NCBI GenBank assembly: GCA_963652335.1
Contig: CAVJSS010000001.1
Location: 125,179 to 189,178, forward strand
Source of the DNA: an uncultured Eubacteriales bacterium
GTDB lineage: Bacteria; Bacillota_I; Bacilli_A; RFN20; CAG-826
Length of the DNA: 64,000 bases
Direction of reading: 5' to 3'
In this document: positions 30,344 through 39,677 of the stretch, piece after piece
Position numbering within the stretch: position 1 is the first letter of the stretch
How the letters are laid out: each line of letters begins with the position of its first letter
The notes under the pieces: model-generated
Told to the model about the DNA's origin: nothing
Seen by the model: only the letters and a program-made list of their open reading frames with translations
The model's database searches: none
Translations under genes and position numbers: made by a program

Positions 30344-30916
30344 ATGGGAAACAAAGGTCTTTTGATTATAATTTCCGGTCCGTCGGGTGTAGGTAAGGGA
30401 ACGATAAGAAAACAACTGATTCAAAATTCCGTGCTTCCTTTTTGGTATAGCGTATCCATGACTACCAGACCGATGCGTCCTGGCGAGGTCAACGGAGTGG
30501 ATTATATATTCGTCGATGACAAGACATTTAACGAAAATATAAAAAACGGCAATTTCTTGGAACATGTCGAATTTGTAGGCCATCAGTATGGAACGCCTAG
30601 ATCAAATGTCGTTGATAAACTGAATCAAGGAATAAACGTCATTTTGGAAATCGAGGTCATCGGCGCGGACAACGTTGTCAAAAACGCAGCGGATCTCCAT
30701 CCGATCACTTTCTTCCTGGTTCCTCCAAATTTCGATGCGTTGGAAAAGAGAATTCGCGGAAGATGCACGGAAGATGAAAAAACGATTGAAAAGCGTCTAG
30801 ATAAAGCTAGAACCGAATTGGCAAGAAAAGACGAATATGACCATATCATCGTCAACGATTCTGTCGAAAGAGCCGCCCACGAAATCGAATCGATCATAGC
30901 TTCTTGCCAAAAGTAG
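30344..30916 (+). CDS. gmk: Guanylate kinase
   Basis: P-loop ISGPSGVGKGT and the TTRPMRPGEVNGVDYIFV motif. Confidence 0.9.
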   Translation: MGNKGLLIIISGPSGVGKGTIRKQLIQNSVLPFWYSVSMTTRPMRPGEVNGVDYIFVDDKTFNENIKNGNFLEHVEFVGHQYGTPRSNVVDKLNQGINVILEIEVIGADNVVKNAADLHPITFFLVPPNFDALEKRIRGRCTEDEKTIEKRLDKARTELARKDEYDHIIVNDSVERAAHEIESIIASCQK

Positions 30917-30957
30917 TTTATCTAACTTTTGGCTTTTTGTTTTGTTAGACTAATCTT

Positions 30958-33162
30958 ATGAAGATTCTCGATGTTTTGGTCGAATATGCCGCCAAGTCTT
31001 TGGATAGGACATTCAGCTATCTTTATAATGGCGATATCAATGTCGAAAAAGGGTGCCGAGTTTTGATTTCCTTTGGTGGAGGAAAACGTAATATCGTCGG
31101 CTTCGTTGCCAATGTAACCGAAACTTCCTTGACGGAAAACGAACTAGAAAAGTCAAACGGATATTCTATGAAGCACGTTATCGAAGTTCTCGACAGGGCC
31201 CCTTTGGTTTCTGACGAATTACTTGAATTGGCGGAAAAGGTCTCTTCCTATTATCTTTCGTCGAAAATATCCGTTCTTCAGGCCATGTTCCCGAAATCAT
31301 TGGCGCCTCGTCGTTCTTCTTTGAAAGGCCCTAAAATAGCCTATGACACGTGGGTTACGGTTTCAAATTACAGTGAAATCGGATTGACGCCAAGGCAAAT
31401 CGAAATCATGCGATTATTGAAAAACAACGGAGATATGCTTAAAAGAGAAATCAAATCTCCTTCCGTTTTGGAAAAGCTATATGAAAAAGGTCTTATAATT
31501 TTCGAAAAACGAGAAAGGCTGCGCTCTCCTAAAAGAATATATTCAAACAGAGAAATATCGCATCCTTTGACAAACGACCAGAGGAAAGTTTTTTCCGAAA
31601 TCCTCAAGTCAGAAAAACCAACGATTTTATTGCAAGGAGTAACCGGTTCCGGCAAGACAGAAGTCTACCTTCATTTAGCTGAGCGCATGCTTAATGAAAA
31701 CAAAGGAGTTATCATGCTGGTTCCTGAAATCAATCTCACTCCGACGATGGTCGATTATTGTTCGAGGAGATTTGGGGACAAGGTAGCCATTCTCCATAGT
31801 GGGTTAAGCGATGGCGAACGTTACGATGAATATCGTCGTATTTCAAGAGGAGAAGCAACTTTGGTCGTGGGAACCAGAAGCGCGATATTCGCCCCTTTGA
31901 AAAATATCGGTTTAATCATTATCGATGAAGAACATGTCGAATCATACAAAGAGGAAAGACCTCCTTACTACCATGCGAGAGAAGTAGCTATCATGCGTGG
32001 CAAAATGCATGGCGCGAAAGTCATTTTAGGTTCAGCTACTCCATCGTTGGAAACGAAAGCCAAAGCCAGGAGAGGCATATATGGCTATTGCGAATTGCCA
32101 CATAGAATAAATTCGCTTCCGCTCCCGAAAACCGAAATCATCGATTTATCCAAAAGAAACAATCTATATAAAGGATCCAATAAAGTTTCTAAAGCCTTAT
32201 ACAATCGTCTATATGATTGTCTAACCAACAACACCCAAGGAATTATTTTAATAAATCGTCGCGGTTATTGGACAACGATCATGTGTCCGAATTGCGGATA
32301 TTATTTCACTTGTCCGAATTGTATGTCTTCCCTCACCTATCACAAAAACGACGAAATGCTCAAGTGCCATCATTGCGGTTATGTGGAACTTTATCCTTCT
32401 TCTTGTCCGCAATGTGGGAACAAGAAACTGATGCGAACCGGCTTTGGAACCGAGAGAGTGGTTAAAGAATTAGAGGACCTCTTCCCAAATTGCAAGGTGG
32501 AAAGACTAGACACCGACATTACCAAAAAAGAGTGCAATCTTCATAACACATTAGCTTCATTTCACGATCATAATGCCGATTTTCTTGTCGGAACTCAAAT
32601 GATTGCCAAAGGACACGATTTTCCTGATGTTACTTTATCCGCGATCATAAACGCAGATATAGGGCTCAATAATCCTTCCTTCAGAGCGACTGAGAGAACT
32701 TTCGATTTGATAGCCCAAGCAGTTGGCAGAAGCGGCCGTTCCAAAAACGAGGGCACGGCTTTGATTCAAACTTATAACCCACAACACTACGCTATCGTTT
32801 TAGGCGCCAAGCAAGATTACAAAAGCTTCTATGAAAGGGAAATGAGAGAAAGAAAAACCGGCAATTATCCTCCGTTCGTTAATTTAATGTTGCTTAGCTT
32901 TAAAGGCGGCAGTGAGGAAAAGGTCATTTTGGCTGCTAAGGACTTTAAGCGAATCATTGACATGGAAGGTTTCAAAGACGCTTCCATTATCGGACCCATG
33001 GTGCCATTTTATTCGGTGCAAGACGGCAAATATGTCCGTAGCCTTCTTATAAAATACAAGTCGAGAGATGGTTTAGATGCATTCGTCGATTCGTTGATAA
33101 AACGTTTCTCAGGCAAAGCCGGAATCGATATTTCAATAAATATCGACCCATTGGATTACTAA
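30958..33162 (+). CDS. priA: Primosomal protein N' (replication restart helicase)
   Basis: Walker A GVTGSGKTEVY, DEEH box, and a Cys-rich zinc-binding insert (CPNCGYYFTCPNC...CHHCGY...CPQCG). Confidence 0.9.
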   Translation: MKILDVLVEYAAKSLDRTFSYLYNGDINVEKGCRVLISFGGGKRNIVGFVANVTETSLTENELEKSNGYSMKHVIEVLDRAPLVSDELLELAEKVSSYYLSSKISVLQAMFPKSLAPRRSSLKGPKIAYDTWVTVSNYSEIGLTPRQIEIMRLLKNNGDMLKREIKSPSVLEKLYEKGLIIFEKRERLRSPKRIYSNREISHPLTNDQRKVFSEILKSEKPTILLQGVTGSGKTEVYLHLAERMLNENKGVIMLVPEINLTPTMVDYCSRRFGDKVAILHSGLSDGERYDEYRRISRGEATLVVGTRSAIFAPLKNIGLIIIDEEHVESYKEERPPYYHAREVAIMRGKMHGAKVILGSATPSLETKAKARRGIYGYCELPHRINSLPLPKTEIIDLSKRNNLYKGSNKVSKALYNRLYDCLTNNTQGIILINRRGYWTTIMCPNCGYYFTCPNCMSSLTYHKNDEMLKCHHCGYVELYPSSCPQCGNKKLMRTGFGTERVVKELEDLFPNCKVERLDTDITKKECNLHNTLASFHDHNADFLVGTQMIAKGHDFPDVTLSAIINADIGLNNPSFRATERTFDLIAQAVGRSGRSKNEGTALIQTYNPQHYAIVLGAKQDYKSFYEREMRERKTGNYPPFVNLMLLSFKGGSEEKVILAAKDFKRIIDMEGFKDASIIGPMVPFYSVQDGKYVRSLLIKYKSRDGLDAFVDSLIKRFSGKAGIDISINIDPLDY

Positions 33163-33199
33163 AGAAGCGATGATATAATCATGAACGGAGTGTTTGTAT

Positions 33200-33691
33200 A
33201 TGATTCTTATTTCAATTTTTGGGTTGGATCAATTCGTCGTCGGAAAATATAGCAGCGAGCATACCGAAAATCTCGCTCTGGCTTTCGAATGCAGCGAAGA
33301 CGAAATCAATTTTTATGCCCCATATTCGATGATTTTCCATAAAGGCGTTGAACAGACTTCATGGAATTCTTTGGTTGTTGTCTCTCTGGAAGAAAAATAT
33401 CGCCCTTTCGAGGAAAAAGCCGTCGATTATATCTTCAAGACCTTAAAAGATTTCTGCATCCATATAGAAATCCGTTTCGATTATCATGCAAACGGTTCGG
33501 CTTATAAGCTGATAAACGATGATTATCCTCTCTATTTGACGGAGAATAACATCGTTGAGGCGGAAGAAGAAACGTTCGAGGAAGATAATCTTCCTAATGA
33601 TGACGAACTATATACCGGAAATGTCTTCGAAGGAATGGAAGACAAATTGGAAAAAGCCCTTAACCCAGAAATATTCAAGGACAAGAAATAG
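33200..33691 (+). CDS. Hypothetical protein (possibly DUF1904-like) with acidic C-terminal tail
   Basis: ATG 9 nt after GGAG. The ~100-aa N-terminal domain (ILISIFGLDQFVVGKYSSEHTENLA) weakly recalls DUF1904. The tail is rich in E/D. Confidence 0.45.
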   Translation: MILISIFGLDQFVVGKYSSEHTENLALAFECSEDEINFYAPYSMIFHKGVEQTSWNSLVVVSLEEKYRPFEEKAVDYIFKTLKDFCIHIEIRFDYHANGSAYKLINDDYPLYLTENNIVEAEEETFEEDNLPNDDELYTGNVFEGMEDKLEKALNPEIFKDKK

Positions 33692-33704
33692 GAGGAACCA
33701 AAAT

Positions 33705-35033
33705 ATGAAAGAATTAGATTTATCCCTTTTGATCCTAAACGACATCATAGACAATGACGTTCCTTTCGGTGAGGCTTTGAAAAAAGTATTTAAGGCAGAC
33801 GTCGAAAAGCGCCCATATCGTTCTACGGTTGCCGCAATCGTCGGCTGCGAATTAAGGCACCACATCCTTTTTGAATATGTCCTTAACGACGTCGGTTTGT
33901 CCTTGGAAGAAAATCGTTTCACCGCTTTGGTTCTCGGAAACATCGCTTTCGCTAAGAAAATCGACAACGAAACGTCCAAAAAAGAATTGGAAGACAAATT
34001 GGGAGAAAAATACGATTTGGTAAAAGAATTCGTTGAGACAGCCAAAAGTGGAAAGTCATTCATCCCAGACGATATGAGCCGCACTTCCAACCGCTATCTT
34101 TCTTTAAGATATAACACCCCTGAATGGGTCTTGAAGATTTGGCAACATTATGGTTTTGGCGTCACCTATAAGATTTTAAGAAAGAACGTTACCATCGATT
34201 ATGCGACCTTGCGCGTCAGAGCCCCTTTGACCGTTGAAGAAATGATCAAACGCGATTCGGATTTCGTCCCGACTCCAATCGAGGGAATAATCACTTACAA
34301 AGGAAAGACGCCAATCAGAAAGATTCCCGAATATCAACGCGGCGAATTGTTCAAAGAAAAGCCAGGCGTCAAAGCGGTAGTCGACCGTTTTTATATCGAA
34401 GAGCCAAAGGAATTGATGGCTTATGAAGGAAGCGAAGATTCATCCCTCCTTTATGAATTGCTTGAAACTTACAAAGATTCCATCGGAATGAATTTGGTCG
34501 TCAGAGACATGGATGCTCACATGCTTGTCGGCAAACAGATCAGAAAGCAAAGTCTTAAAAACGTCAATTTGTTTGCTGCTGAATCTGATTCAATGACCTC
34601 AGGAATCTCCCGCCTTCAAGATTTGGTTTTCGTCTCTCCAAAGAGCACAGATTTCGATAAAATCCGCGAAGAACCGGATTATTTGCTTCATTTTCATAAG
34701 CAAGACGGCGAATCCAAACTTTATTCAGATGAAAAAGAAATATTGGAAAACTGTTCAAAATTCGTTGCTGAAAGCGGAACTCTTATCTATATGATAAAAA
34801 CCATTTCCAAAAAGGAAGGCCATAATCTCATCAACGCTTTCTTGGCTAATCACCAAGAATTCCATCTCGTCGAAGAAAAGCAGATGTTCCCATTCGAAGC
34901 CACGGATACCGCCTTGTATTATGCGGCGATGATGAAGCAAACTCTAAACGTCAAGGAATCCGTTCCTCTTTCTCCGCTTTTGACAGAAATGCCTACCATC
35001 AGCGTTTGTTCAAATGCCGAGCCAAGAAAATAA
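33705..35033 (+). CDS. RsmB/Sun-like protein lacking catalytic and SAM-binding motifs (probable pseudoenzyme)
   Basis: ATG at 33705 after AGGAGGA. NusB-like N-domain. The C-domain is colinear with RsmB, but CAAPGGK reads YEGSEDS, DAPCSG reads VSPKST, and YSTCS reads YMIKTIS. Confidence 0.7.
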   Translation: MKELDLSLLILNDIIDNDVPFGEALKKVFKADVEKRPYRSTVAAIVGCELRHHILFEYVLNDVGLSLEENRFTALVLGNIAFAKKIDNETSKKELEDKLGEKYDLVKEFVETAKSGKSFIPDDMSRTSNRYLSLRYNTPEWVLKIWQHYGFGVTYKILRKNVTIDYATLRVRAPLTVEEMIKRDSDFVPTPIEGIITYKGKTPIRKIPEYQRGELFKEKPGVKAVVDRFYIEEPKELMAYEGSEDSSLLYELLETYKDSIGMNLVVRDMDAHMLVGKQIRKQSLKNVNLFAAESDSMTSGISRLQDLVFVSPKSTDFDKIREEPDYLLHFHKQDGESKLYSDEKEILENCSKFVAESGTLIYMIKTISKKEGHNLINAFLANHQEFHLVEEKQMFPFEATDTALYYAAMMKQTLNVKESVPLSPLLTEMPTISVCSNAEPRK

Positions 35034-35042
35034 AAGATAACC

Positions 35043-36092
35043 ATGAAAGACAATTTATTCGGCTATTCGCTCAAGCGACTCCAAGAAAAAATGGTTTCGA
35101 TGGGCGAGAAGCCTTTCAGAGCCATTCAATTGTATCAATGGATTTACGAACACCATGTTTTCGATTTCGATTCTTGGAGCGACGTCTCTAAGAAATTCCG
35201 TGAAGTCTTAAACGAGAGGTTTTGTTTGACTTTGCCTAAAATATTCAAAAAGCAAGTGTCCTTAGACGGAACGATCAAATTGTTGCTTGAAATGGAAGAT
35301 GGAGCCAAAGTCGAAACGGTTTTGATGCGTTATGATTACGGAAACGCCGTGTGCGTTTCTTCTGAAGTCGGCTGTTCCATGGGGTGTGCTTTTTGCGCAT
35401 CTGGCCTTATAAAGAAAACGAGAAACCTGACTGCCGCCGAAATGGTTGGTCAGGTCATGATGATCAATGGGATCCTTGAGGAAGAAGGGCAAAGGGCAAC
35501 CCATATCGTTGTTATGGGCACCGGTGAGCCTTTCGACAATTACGATAACGTGATGGAATTCATAAGGATAATGAATGAGCCTCATGGCTTGGCTATTGGG
35601 GCCCGTCACATAACTGTCTCTACCTGTGGTTTGGTTGAAGGAATAAGAAAATACGCAGAGGAAGGCCTTCAGATCAATTTGGCCATTTCTTTGCATGCCC
35701 CAAACCAAGAAATCCGTTCCAGACTGATGCCAATCGCCAGAAAATACGATCTCAACGAATTGATGGACGCCGTCAAATATTATGAGAAAACGGCAGGAAG
35801 GCGTGTTACTTTTGAATATATACTTATCGAAGGGATCAATGACGGCGTTGAGCAAGCCGATGAATTAAGCGATTTGATCAGGGGCACATTGGCTTATGCC
35901 AATTTGATCGTATATAACGCCGTTAAGGAAAAGCCTTTTAAACGTCCTTCGGAAAATAGGGTATCGGCTTTTTATGATAGATTGAAAAAGAGAGGCGTCA
36001 ATTGCACGATCCGCAAGGAATTCGGCGGTGATATCGATGCGGCTTGCGGTCAGCTAAGAGCAAAATACGAAAAGGCAGGGGAAATCAAATGA
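35043..36092 (+). CDS. rlmN: 23S rRNA/tRNA A2503 C2-methyltransferase (radical SAM)
   Basis: CSMGCAFCASG radical-SAM motif and a conserved C-terminal Cys (DIDAACGQL). Confidence 0.9.
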   Translation: MKDNLFGYSLKRLQEKMVSMGEKPFRAIQLYQWIYEHHVFDFDSWSDVSKKFREVLNERFCLTLPKIFKKQVSLDGTIKLLLEMEDGAKVETVLMRYDYGNAVCVSSEVGCSMGCAFCASGLIKKTRNLTAAEMVGQVMMINGILEEEGQRATHIVVMGTGEPFDNYDNVMEFIRIMNEPHGLAIGARHITVSTCGLVEGIRKYAEEGLQINLAISLHAPNQEIRSRLMPIARKYDLNELMDAVKYYEKTAGRRVTFEYILIEGINDGVEQADELSDLIRGTLAYANLIVYNAVKEKPFKRPSENRVSAFYDRLKKRGVNCTIRKEFGGDIDAACGQLRAKYEKAGEIK

Positions 36093-36850
36093 AAAAAGAA
36101 ACGATTGTTTATGAAGGCTCCTTTGCCTCAAATACCGATGTTGGCAAAGTTCGCCACAACAACGAAGACAGAGCGAATGTCATAACCAACGCCGAAGGCG
36201 ACACGTTCATTATGGTCGCCGATGGCATGGGCGGAGCCAACAAAGGCGATTTGGCTTCTGATATGGCTAAAGAGATAATGGGTGAAGAATTCATCGAGAA
36301 AAAGCATTTTTTGCAAAAAACGAGAAACAAACTTTGGCTGACTATGGCTATCAAAAGAGCCAATCGGGCCATATATGACAAATCCCAAGAAGATCCATCC
36401 TTTCAGGAAATGGGAACGACATTGGCATGCTGTCTAATAGTCGGCGACAATCTTTATTTGGCTAATTTAGGCGATTCCCGAGTATATTTGGATGATGGGA
36501 ACGAACTAAAACAGATTTCCGAAGACCAAACATACGCCAATTATTTGGTCAAAACCCTTCAGATTTCCAAGGAAGAAGCAAAATCGCATCCGGAACGGCA
36601 CGTTTTGATGAATGCTTTAGGGATTTATCCCTCTTTGTCTTTGCAAATCGAGATTTTTCCATATTCCGGAGAAAAGATCTTATGCTGCACGGACGGTCTT
36701 TATAACCAAGTCAGCGATGAAGCCATCCATGCGATAATATCAACCGACGAACGCGTCGATCAAAAGGTCAACACCTTGATTGGGACGGCTAATGCCGCCG
36801 GCGGCAATGATAATGTCGGGGTTGCTTATTGGGAGTGTTTCGATGCTTGA
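36089..36850 (+). CDS. stp: PP2C-family Ser/Thr phosphatase
   Basis: GKVRHNNEDRA, VADGMGG and NAAGGNDNV motifs. ATGA overlap with rlmN. Confidence 0.85.
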   Translation: MKKETIVYEGSFASNTDVGKVRHNNEDRANVITNAEGDTFIMVADGMGGANKGDLASDMAKEIMGEEFIEKKHFLQKTRNKLWLTMAIKRANRAIYDKSQEDPSFQEMGTTLACCLIVGDNLYLANLGDSRVYLDDGNELKQISEDQTYANYLVKTLQISKEEAKSHPERHVLMNALGIYPSLSLQIEIFPYSGEKILCCTDGLYNQVSDEAIHAIISTDERVDQKVNTLIGTANAAGGNDNVGVAYWECFDA

Positions 36851-37721
36851 GGTAGGAGATAATTTAGCGGGACGTTATCATGTAACGAGCAAAATCGGCC
36901 ATGGCGGAATGGCTGATGTTTTCGAAGCGTATGATTCTCTCAAACATAGAACGGTCGCCATAAAAATGCTTCGTCCGGAAATCGTTAAAGACAAATCAAA
37001 CGTCGATCGTTTCGAACATGAATGGGTTGCCGCTTCATCCCTTTATGATCCTAACATAGTCGCGATATATGATTATGGCAGCCATGATGGCCTTCCATAC
37101 ATGGTAAACGAATATGTCAAAGGACAAACGTTAAGGGAAAAACTCAATTTCTCCGCAAACGGAACATTGTCAAACAAAGAAGCCGTATCGGTGATTTATC
37201 AGCTTTGCGACGTTGCGACTTATATTCATTCCCATGGTTTGGTACATCGTGACATAAAACCCGAGAACATTTTTTATTCCGTAGATGGGACGGTGAAAAT
37301 ATCCGACTTTGGAATTTCGACCGAAATCGGGGAGAAAATCGTCGGCGATACAGTGGATGGCACTGTGGAATATTCCGCCCCTGAGATACTGACCGGGAAA
37401 ACTTCAACCCCTTCCGCGGACATTTACGCAATCGGCATCGTTTTCTTCGAAATATTGGTCGGAAGACTTCCTTTTACCGGAAAAAAGACCGAAGATGTGG
37501 CAATGAAACAAATCTATAACCCCATGCCTTTGGCTTCGGAAATACGGAAGGACATTCCGAAAACTTTCGATGAAGTCATAATAAGAGCTACCAAAAAACG
37601 TCCTGAGGAACGTTATTCCAGCGCCAAGGAATTCAAGGAGGCTTTGGAAAAAGCCGTTGAAGAAGCTGGCCAAATAAAGGAAAAGAGAGGAATCCTTTCA
37701 AGGATTTTCGGATTCAAATGA
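36843..37721 (+). CDS. prkC: Hanks-type Ser/Thr protein kinase, catalytic domain only (no TM segment, no PASTA)
   Basis: GHGGMADVF, AIK, HRDIKPEN, DFG and APE motifs. The ORF ends at 292 aa. It overlaps the stp stop by 8 nt. Confidence 0.85.
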   Translation: MLEVGDNLAGRYHVTSKIGHGGMADVFEAYDSLKHRTVAIKMLRPEIVKDKSNVDRFEHEWVAASSLYDPNIVAIYDYGSHDGLPYMVNEYVKGQTLREKLNFSANGTLSNKEAVSVIYQLCDVATYIHSHGLVHRDIKPENIFYSVDGTVKISDFGISTEIGEKIVGDTVDGTVEYSAPEILTGKTSTPSADIYAIGIVFFEILVGRLPFTGKKTEDVAMKQIYNPMPLASEIRKDIPKTFDEVIIRATKKRPEERYSSAKEFKEALEKAVEEAGQIKEKRGILSRIFGFK

Positions 37722-38422
37722 AAAAGAACCTACACGATTATGCTTATCCAGCCGCTGATCCATCCCTGCTTGCGGCCAATAAAGAGAAAATTAAAGAAGA
37801 AATTCTTTATGCCGAAAAGTGCGGGGCCCGCTTTATTCATATTGACGTGATGGATGGCAAGTTCGTTCCTGCGACTTCTTTGGGGCTGGACTTCGTTAAG
37901 AAATATTCTTTTGTTCATCATATGGTCAACGACGTCCATTTGATGATTGAAGAACCTTGGAAATACGTCGGCGAATATGTGAAGGCTGGCGCCGATATCG
38001 TGACTTTTCATATTGAAGCGTGCCCGAATGAAGAAAAAATCAGAGAAACAATCGAAAAAGTCATTGATGATGGGGCAAACGTTGGCATTTCGATTAAGCC
38101 GAATACCCCTGTTTCGATCCTAAAACCATACATAAAAGACATTGACGTTGTTCTTCTTATGTCCGTCGAGCCGGGAAAGGGAGGCCAAAAATTTTCGTCA
38201 TCGAGTCTCGATAGACTTGACGAAATCAACGAATTATTAAAGGATTTGGAGCCTTCTAAGCGGCCTTTGCTTGCAATTGACGGAGGAATTAACGAAAATA
38301 CGTCTAAGGAGGCCCTTAACCATGGGGCTCAGTTGTTGATTGCTGGCAGTTATCTTTATGGCCATGATGACTTTAAGGATAGGCTACGAACTTTAGAAAA
38401 TTCAAAAGGAAATTCGAAATGA
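37718..38422 (+). CDS. rpe: Ribulose-phosphate 3-epimerase
   Basis: HIDVMDGKFVP, MSVEPGKGGQKF and DGGIN motifs. Confidence 0.9.
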   Translation: MKKNLHDYAYPAADPSLLAANKEKIKEEILYAEKCGARFIHIDVMDGKFVPATSLGLDFVKKYSFVHHMVNDVHLMIEEPWKYVGEYVKAGADIVTFHIEACPNEEKIRETIEKVIDDGANVGISIKPNTPVSILKPYIKDIDVVLLMSVEPGKGGQKFSSSSLDRLDEINELLKDLEPSKRPLLAIDGGINENTSKEALNHGAQLLIAGSYLYGHDDFKDRLRTLENSKGNSK

Positions 38423-39159
38423 ATATTTATGCCGATTCCGCAAATAACAGCAATTTGATAAAAATCGGTTTCTATTTCGGACTTGCATGTTTGATTATTT
38501 TCCCGATTATGATGCTCGTCTATATCTCTTTTGCCAAGAGGCAGGATCGAGTTCCTTTTCATTATAGGAATTGCTTCCCTTATGAAGCTTTCGTTGACAA
38601 GGAAAAGAGACAGGATATTTTGGCCCGAGTCCTTTTGACTCTTGTTTTATTGGTCAGTTTGATTCCTTCGGTTTTCTCTTTGAGCGCGTTTGTCAATACC
38701 AGAATTGATTTGAATTTTACTATTTATAATGTCTTTTTCTTTATTTTGTCCGTATTGGCAGCGGTGGGATTCGCCTTGATCAGCATAATTCCATTAAGGC
38801 AGCCAAGAAGCCATTTGATCATCTATTTCGCTTATATCGCTTCGCTGATATTGAAAAAAACCGTCGGAGGATTGACTTTGCTTCAAATCGGCAGCGGCTT
38901 CAGCGATGCCACCAAGATTATCGGAATCATCGTTTTGGTCAGCTTGGTGATAGAAATCGCATTATTGGTCAACCCAAAACTCAAATCTTGGGACAAGATG
39001 GAGAGAATAACGAACAAAAAAGGAGAAGAAGTCTTAGCCCGCCCTAAATGGTTTGTCCTTGCTTATTCGGAATGGGCTGCCTTTATCTCATCAGCCATCA
39101 TCGATATTCTTCTGACGGTTGGTGTCTTCCTGGCAACTTCTGGAGCTAAATCCATTTGA
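38419..39159 (+). CDS. Polytopic membrane protein, unknown function
   Basis: 246 aa, ~6 hydrophobic helices. ATGA overlap with rpe. No motif recognised. Confidence 0.5.
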   Translation: MNIYADSANNSNLIKIGFYFGLACLIIFPIMMLVYISFAKRQDRVPFHYRNCFPYEAFVDKEKRQDILARVLLTLVLLVSLIPSVFSLSAFVNTRIDLNFTIYNVFFFILSVLAAVGFALISIIPLRQPRSHLIIYFAYIASLILKKTVGGLTLLQIGSGFSDATKIIGIIVLVSLVIEIALLVNPKLKSWDKMERITNKKGEEVLARPKWFVLAYSEWAAFISSAIIDILLTVGVFLATSGAKSI

Positions 39160-39204
39160 TCAACTGACTCCTTCTTGGACGTTTTTATAAAAACAAAGAA
39201 AAAA

Positions 39205-39223
39205 CCTCGCTGATCAAGCGAGG
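39205..39223. terminator. Bidirectional terminator hairpin
   Basis: CCTCGCT-gatca-AGCGAGG flanked by an A-run and a T-rich tract, between convergent genes. Confidence 0.5.
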
Positions 39224-39242
39224 CTTAATTCTTTTGAATGGA

Positions 39243-39440
39243 TTAGTCGGCTTTCTTAGCGTCACGGTTTAAGGAACGCCAAGCACGGGAGCTCATGCGG
39301 ACCTCGACAACCTTGCCATTGATGTTAACTTTGTGTTTCTGAAGGTTAACGCCCCAAGTGCGACGAGTCGCACGGACGCTGTGGCTGCGGTTGTTACCGC
39401 TCATAGGACCTTTTCCACTGATTGGGCAAACTCTTGACAT
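39243..39440 (-). CDS. rpmB: 50S ribosomal protein L28
   Basis: MSRVCPISGKGPMSGNNRSHSVRATRRTW, 65 aa from the internal ATG. Confidence 0.9.
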   Translation of the reverse strand: MSRVCPISGKGPMSGNNRSHSVRATRRTWGVNLQKHKVNINGKVVEVRMSSRAWRSLNRDAKKAD

Positions 39441-39677
39441 GTCTTTTACCTCGTAGTTCGCGTAAAACGCGATATGAAATATACCACAAGAGCCAAATAG
39501 CCGCAACCATTTTGTTAGGCTTTATCTTAACTCTTACTTTGTAAGTTGGATTTTCAACTGCTTTATAAAGGGCGAAAAAAGAGTATAGTAGGTAAGTGCT
39601 TTCGTTAACGAAAAGACCTTCTTTGAATCGATTACGACAATTCAAGGGAGAACCGATAACTTTTGAGAGGTATTCCT

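Noticed and set aside
33555-33704. Upstream extension of the RsmB-like ORF (start at 33555)
   Set aside because: The extension overlaps the preceding gene in another frame and is Lys/Arg-rich junk. A strong AGGAGGA plus ATG at 33705 begins the conserved NusB-like domain.
35262-35855. 197-aa minus-strand ORF inside rlmN
   Set aside because: It is antisense to a gene with a clear radical-SAM motif, so it is a shadow ORF.
39441-39677. Expected T-box leader upstream of leuS (and upstream of tyrS, 48869-48924)
   Set aside because: I could not find the conserved T-box sequence (AAnnnGGGTGGTACCGCG-like) or a specifier/antiterminator arrangement. The tyrS gap is only 56 nt. I therefore make no riboswitch call.
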